DNA of 64,000 nucleotides from Candidatus Poribacteria bacterium (GCA_965116925.1 OZ220744.1:6176001-6240000); one strand, 5' to 3'. Counted from the stretch's first letter, positions 8,531 to 18,638 are shown. The notes: generated from the sequence alone by a model not told the origin. Made by a program: numbers and translations.

Positions 8531-9360
8531 TTGCCTCCTTCGTTCCGCAAACGGTAGATGCCAGACAATTAGACACGGGTGCAGCTTACAAAGCAAAACT
8601 GGAGAAAGCACCAGCGACCCTTAAAACCTTATCGGATGCTAAGTGTGATTTCTTTGAATTCGGCGTGGGAATGCTCTGCCCTGAATCTCCCAGATCCCTT
8701 TTCGAGGAATTCAAGGATATAGTCTCAGATTATTCTTTGCAAGCAGAGTGTTTTAATAGTTTTATTCCTGCCGATCTAAAAGTGACTGGACCAGATGTCG
8801 ATAAGACTCGATTGGACAACTACTTGGCTGCTGCGACTGAACGCGCGGCTGAACTTAGCGGTGAGATTATTGTGTTCGGGAGCGGTGACGCACGGCATGT
8901 GCCGGAGAATTTCTCGCGCACACGCGCACACGATCAGATCCTTGAGTTCTTGGAGGCTGCCGCGAATTATGCGGGGAGACATGGGCTTGTCATTGCTATA
9001 GAACCCCTCAACCGTGCAGAGACAAACGTGATTAACAGCATCGCCGAGGCAGTACAGTTTGCCGATGAACTTGGGCGGCCGGAAGTCCAGGTGCTCGTTG
9101 ACTTTTACCACCAGATGCTTGAGGACGAAGCGTTTGACGAAATCGTCCGTGCCGGAGAGCGGATTGTGCATGTACATGTCGCAGACACCGATCGGCTCTA
9201 TCCGGGCAGCGGCAGATACGATTATGGACGTTTTGCCAGAAGCCTTGCTGATGTTGGATACAACAAACGGGTCTCTGTGGAGTGCAATTTTAGGGATTTC
9301 GATAAAGAAGTGCCTCAATCGATTCGGTTTCTGCACGAGGTATTCAACGCAGCGCAGTGA
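8455..9360 (+). CDS. Sugar phosphate isomerase/epimerase (xylose-isomerase-like TIM barrel)
   Basis: IEPLN..E, D.YH, HVHVAD..R..PG.G, SVE metal motifs; the available starts (8443/8455) lie inside the IS right end. Confidence 0.85.
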   Translation: MSTNKSIKNPNVATLGAVKLSCCAGLASFVPQTVDARQLDTGAAYKAKLEKAPATLKTLSDAKCDFFEFGVGMLCPESPRSLFEEFKDIVSDYSLQAECFNSFIPADLKVTGPDVDKTRLDNYLAAATERAAELSGEIIVFGSGDARHVPENFSRTRAHDQILEFLEAAANYAGRHGLVIAIEPLNRAETNVINSIAEAVQFADELGRPEVQVLVDFYHQMLEDEAFDEIVRAGERIVHVHVADTDRLYPGSGRYDYGRFARSLADVGYNKRVSVECNFRDFDKEVPQSIRFLHEVFNAAQ

Positions 9361-9421
9361 AATTCAGATGTAATGAAGGTTTGAACTCACGCTTGAGCCT
9401 TGATACAACGGGATATTTTAC

Positions 9422-9450
9422 TTGACACCATTATACTCCAATGCTATAAT
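9422..9450 (+). promoter_or_regulatory. Consensus sigma70 promoter of the proteasome operon
   Basis: TTGACA-17 bp-TATAAT with extended -10 TG. Confidence 0.85.
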
Positions 9451-9665
9451 CTAACGCATTCTTGAGCAGTATGGTGACGTCCGGGAGTGAGATTGTAATA
9501 GAAGTTGATAGACTCAATATCCGGAGGAATTATCGGTTACAAATTCAAATCTTAGAGGCAAAATCCTTTGGGAGATAATAAGACGAGATGGTGCGCTATT
9601 TCCCACCAGTATAGTGATAGCCTCCATCCCGTAATTCTAAAGATAAATACCGAGGTAAGGTTACT

Positions 9666-11489
9666 ATGGCTACGATCAAGAATCCATCCGAACAGAAAGA
9701 TTCGAGAAATCCCCTTGACGAGATGCAGGATCAGACAAATCTATCCGCTCCGTCCTCAGAGCGGATTTCTGCCGAAAGAAAGATTCGTGAGCTAACATTC
9801 ACTATCGAGTCGCTGGAAAGCGAAATTGACGATTTGAGAAGACGCTTAAACGCTGCGCCTTCCGACGATGTTGAAGTTCGCCTCTACGAAATGACCCGCG
9901 ACCTAATGCACGCCCACCGCAGAAATCGGAAGCTGACCAGCACCCTTCAAGAAGCGAAAGAGAAGCTGGAGCAGTTGAAGGAGAAGGTCGAACAACTCAG
10001 TGCCCCCCCCAACAACTACGGCGTTTACCTTCAATCAAACGATGACGGAACACTTGACATTGACCTTGGCGGCAAACGATGGCGCGTCAATGCGGATCCA
10101 GAAATTAACACGGATCAGCTCCAAAAAGGTCAAGAGGTCATCGTTAACGGCGTGATGAATGTTGTGAGTGTAAGGGAATTCGAGCGGCAAGGTGAAGTGG
10201 TTAAGGTTAAGGAGATGCTTGACGATAACCGTGTGCTTGTGAATCTACGCGCCGATGAAGAGCGGGTTGTGGAAATATCGGATCCGCTCAACAAGGAGGA
10301 AGAGCTTAAGTTTGGGGATAATGTTATGCTGAACCCAGTCACTGGGATGGTTATGGAGAAACTACCCAAGCTTGAAGTTGAAGACCTGCTGCTCGAAGAG
10401 GTGCCAGACATCAGATACTCGGATATTGGTGGATTGAATGAACAGATTGAGGCCATTCGAGATGCTATTGAAACGCCTTACCTCTACCCCGATGAATACA
10501 AGGAATTCCAGTTAAAGCCGCCGAAAGGTGTGCTGCTCTACGGTCCCCCCGGCTGCGGAAAAACGTTAATTGCCAAGGCAGTCGCCAACAGTCTAGCTGC
10601 TAGGGTCAGAGAACAGACAGGTAGAGATGATGTTGAAAGTTATTTTATCAATATCAAAGGTCCAGAGCTACTCAATAAGTATGTTGGTGAAACGGAGCGA
10701 AAGATTCGAGAAGTATTCCAGAAAGCCAAGGACAAATCCAAAGAAGGCGTTCCTGTCATCATCTTCTTTGATGAGATGGACTCGCTTTTCCGATCCAGAG
10801 GCATGGGGATTTCGTCTGATATGGAGTCAACAGTGGTGCCCCAATTCCTTGCTGAGATCGATGGTGTCGAAGGACTCAGAGATGTGGTTGTCATTGGTGC
10901 AAGCAACCGCCAAGATCTCCTAGACCCCGCTGTTTTACGACCCGGGCGGTTAGATATCAAGATCAAGGTCGATCGCCCCGAAGCTGAGGGCGCCAAGGAT
11001 ATTTTCGCCATATACCTGACACCTGACCTACCGATTGCTCCGTCAGTGTTGGAAAAATTCGAGGATAATCGAGAGAAAGCAGCTCAAGCTCTCGCAGAGC
11101 AAGCGATTGAAAGGATGTATGCGACCACCGATGAAAACAAATTCATCGAGGTGACTTACAACCGTGGCGAGCGTGAGACGCTCTACTTCAAGGATTTTGC
11201 AAGCGGTGCAATGATTGAAAATATCGTTGATCGTGCCAAGAAGATGGCAATCAAAAGGTTGATCGATTCTGAAGGGAAAGAGAAGGGCATTACCCTTGAT
11301 GACCTCGAAATGGCAATCCAAGAAGAATATAAAGAGAATGAGGATCTGCCCAACACCACCAATCCCGACGATTGGGCGAAGATATCGGGACGAAAAGGTG
11401 ATCGAATCGTCAACATTAAGGCGTTGACCCACGAGCCAGAGCCGAAAAGACGGGATGTGAGAACCGTCAAAGGTGGTGCTTACCTCTAA
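9666..11489 (+). CDS. arc: Proteasome-associated ATPase ARC/Mpa
   Basis: N-terminal coiled coil and OB region; GPPGCGKT; IFFDEMD; NEDLPNTTNPDDWA; C-terminal GAYL. Confidence 0.96.
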   Translation: MATIKNPSEQKDSRNPLDEMQDQTNLSAPSSERISAERKIRELTFTIESLESEIDDLRRRLNAAPSDDVEVRLYEMTRDLMHAHRRNRKLTSTLQEAKEKLEQLKEKVEQLSAPPNNYGVYLQSNDDGTLDIDLGGKRWRVNADPEINTDQLQKGQEVIVNGVMNVVSVREFERQGEVVKVKEMLDDNRVLVNLRADEERVVEISDPLNKEEELKFGDNVMLNPVTGMVMEKLPKLEVEDLLLEEVPDIRYSDIGGLNEQIEAIRDAIETPYLYPDEYKEFQLKPPKGVLLYGPPGCGKTLIAKAVANSLAARVREQTGRDDVESYFINIKGPELLNKYVGETERKIREVFQKAKDKSKEGVPVIIFFDEMDSLFRSRGMGISSDMESTVVPQFLAEIDGVEGLRDVVVIGASNRQDLLDPAVLRPGRLDIKIKVDRPEAEGAKDIFAIYLTPDLPIAPSVLEKFEDNREKAAQALAEQAIERMYATTDENKFIEVTYNRGERETLYFKDFASGAMIENIVDRAKKMAIKRLIDSEGKEKGITLDDLEMAIQEEYKENEDLPNTTNPDDWAKISGRKGDRIVNIKALTHEPEPKRRDVRTVKGGAYL

Positions 11490-11497
11490 GGCGGATT

Positions 11498-12988
11498 ATG
11501 ACCGTACCAACGATTATGGGGACCGAAACCGAATACGGCATTTCGGTCAAAAATGCGCGAGATCCGGATCCGGTTGCGGCATCAACGCTTGTCGTTAATA
11601 TCTATAAAGACCGTGGGATCAAGGGAATCACTTGGGATTATGATCAGGAAAGCCCACTGATGGACGCTAGGGGGTTTGTCACTGAAGGGGAAACTGACAT
11701 CCCGGATCAGGAGAACAATAGTCTCATCAATGATGTCCTCGCCAATGGTGGACGGTATTATGTCGATCACGCACATCCAGAGTATTGTACCCCAGAATGT
11801 ACCAACGCGCGCGATCTAGTCAAATATGAGAAGGCAGGGGAGCTGATATTAGATTTGAGTCGTCTGGCTGCCCAAGAGCTGTTGCCTGCGAATCAAGAGA
11901 TTATTATCTATAAGAACAACAGCGATTATAAAGGTCACAGCTACGGTGCCCACGAAAATTATCTAATGTCTCGGAATGTTCCCTTCCAAGATATCGTTGA
12001 CGGATTAACGCCTTTTCTCGTGACACGGCAGCCCATCACAGGGAGTGGTAAGGTTGGCGCAGAAAATGGCGCAGCGGAAACGGATTATCAAATCTCGCAG
12101 CGTGCAGATTTTTTTGAGACTGAAGTTGGATTGAGCACGATGGTGGCGCGTCCGATTATCAATACGCGGGACGAGCCGCATGCTGATGAGATGATATACC
12201 GCCGGTTGCACGTGATCGTTGGCGATTCCAACATGTCTGAATTTTCCATCTATCTGAAGGTGGGAATTACGGCGGTGGTGCTGCAGCTCATCGAACAGGG
12301 CGTTGTCGGGGATCAGTTCAGGCTCTCTGACCCTGTTTTGGCGATCAAGACGGTATCACGCGATCTTTCTTGTAAAGAACCTTTGGTTTTAGAGGATGGT
12401 CGGAAATGGACGCCCATCGAGATTCAGCGCGAATATCTGGAGTTAGCTCACAAACATATCCCCACGGCGGATCTGTCCGAGGTAGTACGCGACGTGATGA
12501 AGACTTGGGAATTTGTTCTCGACCGCCTCGAAGAAGATCCGATGAGCCTAGATCGACACCTCGATTGGGTGATTAAGAAACGGCTGATTGATGCGTACTT
12601 GCGACGCCACAATTTAGACCATTCAGACCATCAAGCCCGGATGTTAGACCTGCAATATCACGACATCCGCCCCAATAAAGGGCTTTACGCAAGGTTGTTG
12701 AAAAATGGACGTGTTGAACGGCTCCTCAAACATGAGGAGATCGTTCAAGCGATTAACAATCCACCTGTTGATACACGTGCCTATTTTCGTGGTATGTGTT
12801 TACAAAAATATCCCAACCAGATTCACAGCGCAAGCTGGAATTCAATGATTTTTTGTACTGACAATTCTTCTTTAGATAAAATCTTAATGGATCGTCCGCA
12901 TTTTGGGACACAGGAGATGACAGGCGATCTGTTGAGAGACTGCACGGCTGCAGAACTAGTTCAAGCCATTCTCACATCCAACCATTAG
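11498..12988 (+). CDS. dop: Depupylase/deamidase Dop
   Basis: MGTETEYG, WDY..ESP..DARG Dop loop, NGGRYYVDHAHPEY, NTRDEPHAD. Confidence 0.94.
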   Translation: MTVPTIMGTETEYGISVKNARDPDPVAASTLVVNIYKDRGIKGITWDYDQESPLMDARGFVTEGETDIPDQENNSLINDVLANGGRYYVDHAHPEYCTPECTNARDLVKYEKAGELILDLSRLAAQELLPANQEIIIYKNNSDYKGHSYGAHENYLMSRNVPFQDIVDGLTPFLVTRQPITGSGKVGAENGAAETDYQISQRADFFETEVGLSTMVARPIINTRDEPHADEMIYRRLHVIVGDSNMSEFSIYLKVGITAVVLQLIEQGVVGDQFRLSDPVLAIKTVSRDLSCKEPLVLEDGRKWTPIEIQREYLELAHKHIPTADLSEVVRDVMKTWEFVLDRLEEDPMSLDRHLDWVIKKRLIDAYLRRHNLDHSDHQARMLDLQYHDIRPNKGLYARLLKNGRVERLLKHEEIVQAINNPPVDTRAYFRGMCLQKYPNQIHSASWNSMIFCTDNSSLDKILMDRPHFGTQEMTGDLLRDCTAAELVQAILTSNH

Positions 12989-13003
12989 AAGGAGGGAAGT
13001 AAC

Positions 13004-13201
13004 ATGCCAGCCGAAAAGCAACAGGAACAAAGAGACAAACGGACTCAGGATACTGAGGAAGTTCAACCGGATCAAGAGGTCGTAGAGCAAGGCGAAGAGA
13101 TTAAAGAGGATCTCGATCAAATCCTTGATGAAATCGACGAAATCTTGGAAGAAGACTCAGAAGAATTTGTCGAGAATTATATTCAGCGAGGAGGAGAGTA
13201 G
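13004..13201 (+). CDS. pup: Prokaryotic ubiquitin-like protein Pup
   Basis: 65-aa acidic protein; LDEID.ILEE..EEFV..YIQRGGE C-terminus; lies between dop and prcB. Confidence 0.93.
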   Translation: MPAEKQQEQRDKRTQDTEEVQPDQEVVEQGEEIKEDLDQILDEIDEILEEDSEEFVENYIQRGGE

Positions 13202-14055
13202 TGCTCTTTAGCGGTTCCGATCATAGAACCTCCGATTTCCTTGAGATCCTGCAAAAGGAACGCCCGGAGCTTCTATCAAAATCTGGTACAGGGGCGTTCG
13301 GTACAACACCCCTGCCGGACTCACCCGCTGCAAACTGGAAAGGACAGCGTGTACCAACTTCCAGTGTGATGGATCTTTACGATAGCCTGCTTGAAGGCAC
13401 AACTATATTAGCCGCTGTTTATAACGAGGGGGTTATCATCGCCGGTGACCGTCAGGCAACGGCGGGATTTCAAGTGGGGGAACGGCGTATCCGAAAAGTC
13501 TATGAAGTGGATACCTATTCAGCTATCGCTATTGCAGGGGTCGCCGGACCGGCGATGGAAATGGCGAAGCTTTTCCAGGTTCAGGTAGAGTTCTATGAAA
13601 AGATAGAAGGCTCGCCGTTAAGCCTAGATGGCAAAGCCAATTCGCTGTCAAACATGGTCAAATCCAATTTGCCTATGGCGTTGCAGGGATTGGTGGTCGT
13701 TCCGATTTTCGCGGGGTATGACCTGAAACGAAAACAAGGAAAGATCTTCAAATACGACGCGATAGGGGGGCAATACGAAGAAAGTGAATACTATGCTACT
13801 GGGTCCGGCGGTAAGGATGCGCAAGCAACGTTGAAAAAGCTGTATAGCCCCGATATGCCCTGTGAGGGTGCCCTGAAGATAGTTGCGGAGGCACTCTGGG
13901 ACGCCGCCGATGAAGATGTGGCTACAGGAGGACCCGATTTTATCCGGGAGATTTTCCCGACAATTAAGGTTATTGATTCGACAGGAATCTCAGATATACC
14001 CGATTCAGAGGTTAAGGAACTCTATACGGAGCTACTTGACAAACTCCGCAATTGA
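13201..14055 (+). CDS. prcB: 20S proteasome beta subunit with propeptide
   Basis: Autocleavage site EG|TT, AGDRQAT, GSG, AADED.ATGGPD. Confidence 0.94.
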   Translation: MLFSGSDHRTSDFLEILQKERPELLSKSGTGAFGTTPLPDSPAANWKGQRVPTSSVMDLYDSLLEGTTILAAVYNEGVIIAGDRQATAGFQVGERRIRKVYEVDTYSAIAIAGVAGPAMEMAKLFQVQVEFYEKIEGSPLSLDGKANSLSNMVKSNLPMALQGLVVVPIFAGYDLKRKQGKIFKYDAIGGQYEESEYYATGSGGKDAQATLKKLYSPDMPCEGALKIVAEALWDAADEDVATGGPDFIREIFPTIKVIDSTGISDIPDSEVKELYTELLDKLRN

Positions 14056-14190
14056 AAATTGGCAATCAGTCCGTCACAAGAGTGCCCGTTGGATTGGCAA
14101 AACCAACAAAAGAATCGGGGTATGTCTATTGTTACCAAACCGCTTTGAAGACTACTGATAATTGATACCTGCAATTTGAGGGAGGAGTAG

Positions 14191-14901
14191 ATGCCCGCAC
14201 CGTATTACGTGTCGCCTGAGCAAATCATGCAGGAAAAAGAGGATTTTGCTCGGAAGGGGATCGAGAAGGCAAAAGAGGTTATTGTTCTGGAATACCGCAA
14301 TGGTATTCTGATGGTTGCAGAAAATCCGTTGGCGACGGTTTTCAAGATTTCAGAAATCTATGATCGGATCGCATTGGCAGCGACTGGACTCTATCCGGAC
14401 TACGAAGCACTACGATATGCCGGGATTCAGGGTGCCGAAATCAAAGGGTTTACCTTCAACCGTGAAGATGTTACGGCGAGATGGCTCGCAAATCAGTACT
14501 CGCAGCAGATTGGTGCAATATATCGACAACCGGATATGAAGCCGCTTGAAGTCGAAATTCTCCTGTGCGAGATCCGCGAAGATGCTTCGTCGAACAACAG
14601 AATCTATCATCTATCTTTTGATGGTACATTTTGGGAAGACAATCAGTTTACCGTCATCGGCGGGAGGGCAGACGAAATCGCTGGCATCCTCGAAGATGAG
14701 TATAGCGACGATTTGGATTTGAACGGTGCTATAAGACTCGCGGCAAGGACCTTTGAAAGGATCGAAGCAGAGGTCGACGAAGCAGATCGATACCAAGTGA
14801 CGGCTGAGACAATAGAAGCAGCCGTACTCGACGAAAATCGAAATCGGCGCAAATTTAGACGTTTGCTTCCCGATGAACTAAGTGAGATTTTGAGCGCATG
14901 A
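14191..14901 (+). CDS. prcA: 20S proteasome alpha subunit
   Basis: PYYVSPEQIM...FARKGI, KISEIYDRI, KPLEVEI. Confidence 0.94.
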   Translation: MPAPYYVSPEQIMQEKEDFARKGIEKAKEVIVLEYRNGILMVAENPLATVFKISEIYDRIALAATGLYPDYEALRYAGIQGAEIKGFTFNREDVTARWLANQYSQQIGAIYRQPDMKPLEVEILLCEIREDASSNNRIYHLSFDGTFWEDNQFTVIGGRADEIAGILEDEYSDDLDLNGAIRLAARTFERIEAEVDEADRYQVTAETIEAAVLDENRNRRKFRRLLPDELSEILSA

Positions 14902-16256
14902 ATCGACGCATTTACGGTCTAGAAAACGAATATGGGATCATCTGCACGTCGGATCGGCGCGGTGGAAAAGCGTTATCAATCCAAAATGCAGTAATGTATC
15001 TCTTCCGTGAGATTATTTCTGGACGAATGTATCCAGACGTTTTTTTGGAGAACGGTGCTCGGTTCTATCAGGACATCGGTTGTCATCCCGAATATGCGAC
15101 GCCTGAGTGTGATAACGTGAGCGACCTCGTCAGCCACGATAAAGCCGGTGAACGGATTATCGAGCGGCTTTCTGTCGCGGCAGAGCGGAAAATGCAAGCC
15201 GATGGATTTCTTGGGCGGATTTCGGTTTTCAAGAATAATACCGATACGCCCGGCAATACTTATGGCTGCCATGAAAACTACCTGATGGATCGCCGCGTGA
15301 GTTTTCGCCAACTCGCTTCGCAACTCATTCCCTTCTTTGTAACGCGCCAAGTCTTTGCCGGGGCGGGGAAGGTCAAATCTACCAACCGTGGTGGATACGC
15401 CATCTCCCAACGGGCACAACATATCCGTGAAGAAATCTCAATTGCAACGACAACCGCGCGGGGCATCATCAACACGCGCGATGAGCCGCATGCGGACCGA
15501 GAAAAATATCGGCGGCTGCACGTAATCGTCGGCGACTCCAATATGTCGGAGTTTGCTACCTACCTCAAGATCGGCACGACGGCAATCGTCTTGCGGATGA
15601 TTGAAGATAACTTTATCAAGCAGCGCCTTGCGTTACGCGATTCCGTCCGAGCGATTCAGCAGATCTCCGAAGATATCACCTGTACCCGGAAAATCGAATT
15701 AGAAAATGGCAAGCGGCTCTCTGGTGTCGAGATGCAGTGGGAATACCTTGAATGCGCCAAGCAGTATTTCGAGCAGGCAGAATCAGATCCAATCACCGAT
15801 CAGATCATGGCGCGGTGGGAATACGTGCTGACCTGTTTGGAGACCGATCCAATGCAGCTCGACCGAGAGCTTGATTGGGTCATCAAGAAGAAGTTGATTG
15901 AGACCTATGTGGAAAGTCGCCAACTCAAGTGGAACTCTGCTAAGGTTATGATGCTTGATCTACAGTACCACAATATTCGACCCGAATTCGGATTGTATTA
16001 CAAACTCGAAAAGGATGGACGCGTTGAACGAATTGTCAGCGATGATGAGGTTGAGCAGGCAATGCATCATCCACCGGAAACCACCCGAGCGAAGTTCCGT
16101 GGTCGTTTTGTAAAGCTGGCAAACGAGCGAAAGATTCTGTGCGGTGTTAATTGGAGCTATATCCAACTGTACGAACCCTACCAAAAACTCTTCCTTTCCA
16201 CGGACCCCCTGCAAGCCGAATATGAAGAAGCCAGCCGGATGATCTATTCGATTTAG
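14898..16256 (+). CDS. pafA: Pup--protein ligase PafA
   Basis: RRIYGLENEYG, FLENGARFY.D.G.HPEYAT, YGCHENY, INTRDEPHAD; lacks the Dop loop. Confidence 0.94.
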   Translation: MNRRIYGLENEYGIICTSDRRGGKALSIQNAVMYLFREIISGRMYPDVFLENGARFYQDIGCHPEYATPECDNVSDLVSHDKAGERIIERLSVAAERKMQADGFLGRISVFKNNTDTPGNTYGCHENYLMDRRVSFRQLASQLIPFFVTRQVFAGAGKVKSTNRGGYAISQRAQHIREEISIATTTARGIINTRDEPHADREKYRRLHVIVGDSNMSEFATYLKIGTTAIVLRMIEDNFIKQRLALRDSVRAIQQISEDITCTRKIELENGKRLSGVEMQWEYLECAKQYFEQAESDPITDQIMARWEYVLTCLETDPMQLDRELDWVIKKKLIETYVESRQLKWNSAKVMMLDLQYHNIRPEFGLYYKLEKDGRVERIVSDDEVEQAMHHPPETTRAKFRGRFVKLANERKILCGVNWSYIQLYEPYQKLFLSTDPLQAEYEEASRMIYSI

Positions 16257-16389
16257 TGCCTGTTTGAAAAATCCTAATCAATCTCTGAAAGTTGTCATGT
16301 TACGGGCAAATGCCCCCGAGATCGCTTGATTTTGTCCCTAGATTGGCAAAAGATGACCGTTTCACCTACTTTCAAAATAATCTCTTACT

Positions 16390-16977
16390 ATGGAGGATTT
16401 AACAGTGAAAAAACGTTTAGTCGCTTTTCGCACGAAAGCTACATTGCTCCTGTTGTTAGTCTGTGTTTCTATTGTTTTGGTGAGTTGTGATATAATACAG
16501 GAGGCCTTAATCCCTGCGATGCCATCGCAACAGGCAATTGCGATTCTCGGTTCGGCGAGCGGAAGTAACCTGACCGGAACAGCGGTTTTTACACAGAACG
16601 ATGATACAATCACGCTCATTGTCGAGATCCAAAACGTATCTCCGGGGCTTCACGCCGTGCATATTCATGAGAAAGGCGATTGCAGCTCGCCCGATGGCAC
16701 ATCCGCTGGCGGCCATTGGAATCCCACCAACGTTGCTCACGGAAAATGGGGAGAAGGTGAATTCCACCTTGGGGACATCGGCAATATAACCGTCGGTGAA
16801 GATGGTACAGGCACAATTGAGTTGACGACAAACCTCTGGGAAATGGGCACCGGTTCCACTCTAGATATTGTTGGAACAGGCATTATTGTCCATGCAGGAG
16901 CCGATGATTTTACCTCACAACCGTCAGGTGCTGCCGGTGCACGAATCGGTTGCGGGGCGATTCAGTTGGCAAACTAG
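16390..16977 (+). CDS. sodC: Cu/Zn superoxide dismutase, probable lipoprotein
   Basis: HAVHIH..GDC, SAGGHWNP, H.GD.GNI, IIVHA..DD, GARIGCG; lipobox-like LVSC; true start may be GTG 16405. Confidence 0.92.
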   Translation: MEDLTVKKRLVAFRTKATLLLLLVCVSIVLVSCDIIQEALIPAMPSQQAIAILGSASGSNLTGTAVFTQNDDTITLIVEIQNVSPGLHAVHIHEKGDCSSPDGTSAGGHWNPTNVAHGKWGEGEFHLGDIGNITVGEDGTGTIELTTNLWEMGTGSTLDIVGTGIIVHAGADDFTSQPSGAAGARIGCGAIQLAN

Positions 16978-17190
16978 TGCTCTGTCAGGCAAATTATGAT
17001 TGTCTATATGGATTGAGACTCATAGTACTTCGTAGGGGTCGGGTCACCCGACCCCCGCACTGGCAAATAAGGGCGGGGAGACCCCGCCCCTACAATTTAT
17101 TTTCGTGCTTTGCACTTTCTACATGAGCCCTGATTGAAAGCAAACGATAACATATATAATAATTCCAAAAATTATCTGACTGAGTACTAG
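16974..17190. mobile_element. MITE family C (217 bp, CTAG ends) with nested family-B element and REP doublet
   Basis: Ends CTAGTGCTCTGTCAG / CTGACTGAGTACTAG; near-identical copy at 26238-26454; the left CTAG overlaps the sodC stop codon. Confidence 0.9.
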
Positions 17191-17335
17191 TCCTGACGAT
17201 TACACTTTTGAATAGGGACAGGTTTCGGCGCATCTGCACCGGGAGGCCTCAATAGCCAAGGATTTTTCCAAAAACGCTTCCTTTCCACACCACTTTTAAC
17301 TAGTGGAACGTGGAGTAACCAACTGGAGGAAATGA

Positions 17336-17749
17336 TTGATGCATAGAATAAGCATAGGAATGGTGTTGCTACTCGTCGCCGGACTAATGTTTTGGTTCTT
17401 TGGATGTGGAAGTGCTATTAAGGAACTCGGTTTGGTATTTGATAATCCTGCGGCTGCTGGCAGACCGAGTCCCTCTTTTAGTACTGATATTGCCCCTATC
17501 CTTGTCGAGCGATGCGCTATCGCGGAATGCCATGTCGTTGATGGACCGCACGACATTGATCTCCGCACGTATGATACCCTCATGAAGGGTGGAGATGAAG
17601 GTGCTATCGTTATTACAGGCAATGCGAGGGAGAGCGAAATAGTCGAAGAGATTGCCGAGGGCAAGATGCCCCCTGAAGGACCGCCTCTAGAAGCAGCCCA
17701 AATCCAACTCATCATTGACTGGATCAACGAGGGTGCTAAGAACAACTAA
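17336..17749 (+). CDS. Planctomycete-type cytochrome c domain lipoprotein
   Basis: Signal peptide + FGC; F..DI.PIL..RCAIAECH (CX4CH); KMPP; WI..GA. Confidence 0.75.
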   Translation: MMHRISIGMVLLLVAGLMFWFFGCGSAIKELGLVFDNPAAAGRPSPSFSTDIAPILVERCAIAECHVVDGPHDIDLRTYDTLMKGGDEGAIVITGNARESEIVEEIAEGKMPPEGPPLEAAQIQLIIDWINEGAKNN

Positions 17750-17756
17750 TCCTTAT

Positions 17757-17930
17757 TATAGTGAATTCTAAAAATTAAGTAGACATTTACCAATAACTCC
17801 GATCTTCGCGAAGTTCCCAAAGTCCCCTTGAGTTTCAAAAGTCCCCCTGACAAGGGGGATTTAGGGGGTTGGGGATTTAAGGGGTTGGTTGTGCATTGGA
17901 AGTGTCTAAATAATTCTAAAATCTGCTATA
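17757..17930. mobile_element. MITE family D (TATAGT ends, Correia-like) with GGGGATTTAGGGGG hairpin cargo
   Basis: Left TATAGTGAATTCTAAAAAT..A.TAGACA and right TAATTCTAAAATCTGCTATA match the ends of 41030-41137 and 52540-52647. Confidence 0.75.
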
Positions 17931-17993
17931 AAATGCTTTCTATCCACACTTCCCTTGCGAGCGGAATGTGAAGAAGCAAACGGGAGGGAGTAA

Positions 17994-18491
17994 TTGGTGT
18001 ATAGAATAAAAATAGGAATTGTGTTACTACTCGTTGTTGGGCTGATGTTTGGCTGTGGAAGTGATAACGAGGTGGCAGACGATGGCCATGACCATGACCA
18101 CGACCACGACCACGACCATGAGCACGACGAGGAGGACAGCGGTGATTTTGAAGCTGCTGCGGATAACCTCGGCATTGTATTTGACGACCCGGTGGCTGCG
18201 GGAAGGACGAGTCCCTCTTTTAGTGCCGATATTTCACCTATCCTGACAAACCGATGCGCTATCCCAGGATGCCATGTCACTGGAGGCCCCCACGGAGTGG
18301 ATCTCCGCACCTATGACACGCTCAGTGCAGGCGCAGACGCTGGGGCTATCGTCATGGCAGGCGATGCGAAGGGAAGCGAAATAGTCGAAGAGATTGTGGA
18401 GGGCAAGATGCCCCCTGATGGACCGCCTCTAGAAGCAGCCCAAATCCAACTGATCGTTGATTGGATTACTGAGGGTGCCAAGAATAACTAG
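17994..18491 (+). CDS. Paralogous cytochrome c domain lipoprotein with His/Asp-rich linker
   Basis: FGC lipobox; GHDHDHDHDHDHEH; RCAIPGCH; highly similar to 17336-17749; start may be GTG 17997. Confidence 0.78.
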   Translation: MVYRIKIGIVLLLVVGLMFGCGSDNEVADDGHDHDHDHDHDHEHDEEDSGDFEAAADNLGIVFDDPVAAGRTSPSFSADISPILTNRCAIPGCHVTGGPHGVDLRTYDTLSAGADAGAIVMAGDAKGSEIVEEIVEGKMPPDGPPLEAAQIQLIVDWITEGAKNN

Positions 18492-18609
18492 AGCTTTATT
18501 GATAGTATAAAAGCAATCTTTTTTGATTTACTTTCCCCAACAGTTACTGATAATAGTGAACCGAGAGGTTCATCTAACTGATGTACACGTAGGTTCAGTC
18601 CTACCAAGT

Positions 18610-18638
18610 ATCCCTCCCTTCGTGGAGGGATTTTCTTT
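18610..18638 (+). terminator. Intrinsic terminator-like hairpin
   Basis: ATCCCTCC-CTTCGT-GGAGGGAT followed by TTTCTTT. Confidence 0.6.

Noticed and set aside
13004..13201. UBact
   Set aside because: The C-terminal GGE and LDEID..LEE motif are Pup-like, not R(S/T)G(E/Q)
18081..18128. Phase-variable microsatellite
   Set aside because: The hexamer unit keeps the frame; it simply encodes a His-Asp tract
18588..18606. tRNA gene
   Set aside because: Only a T-arm-like hairpin; no acceptor, D or anticodon arms could be built
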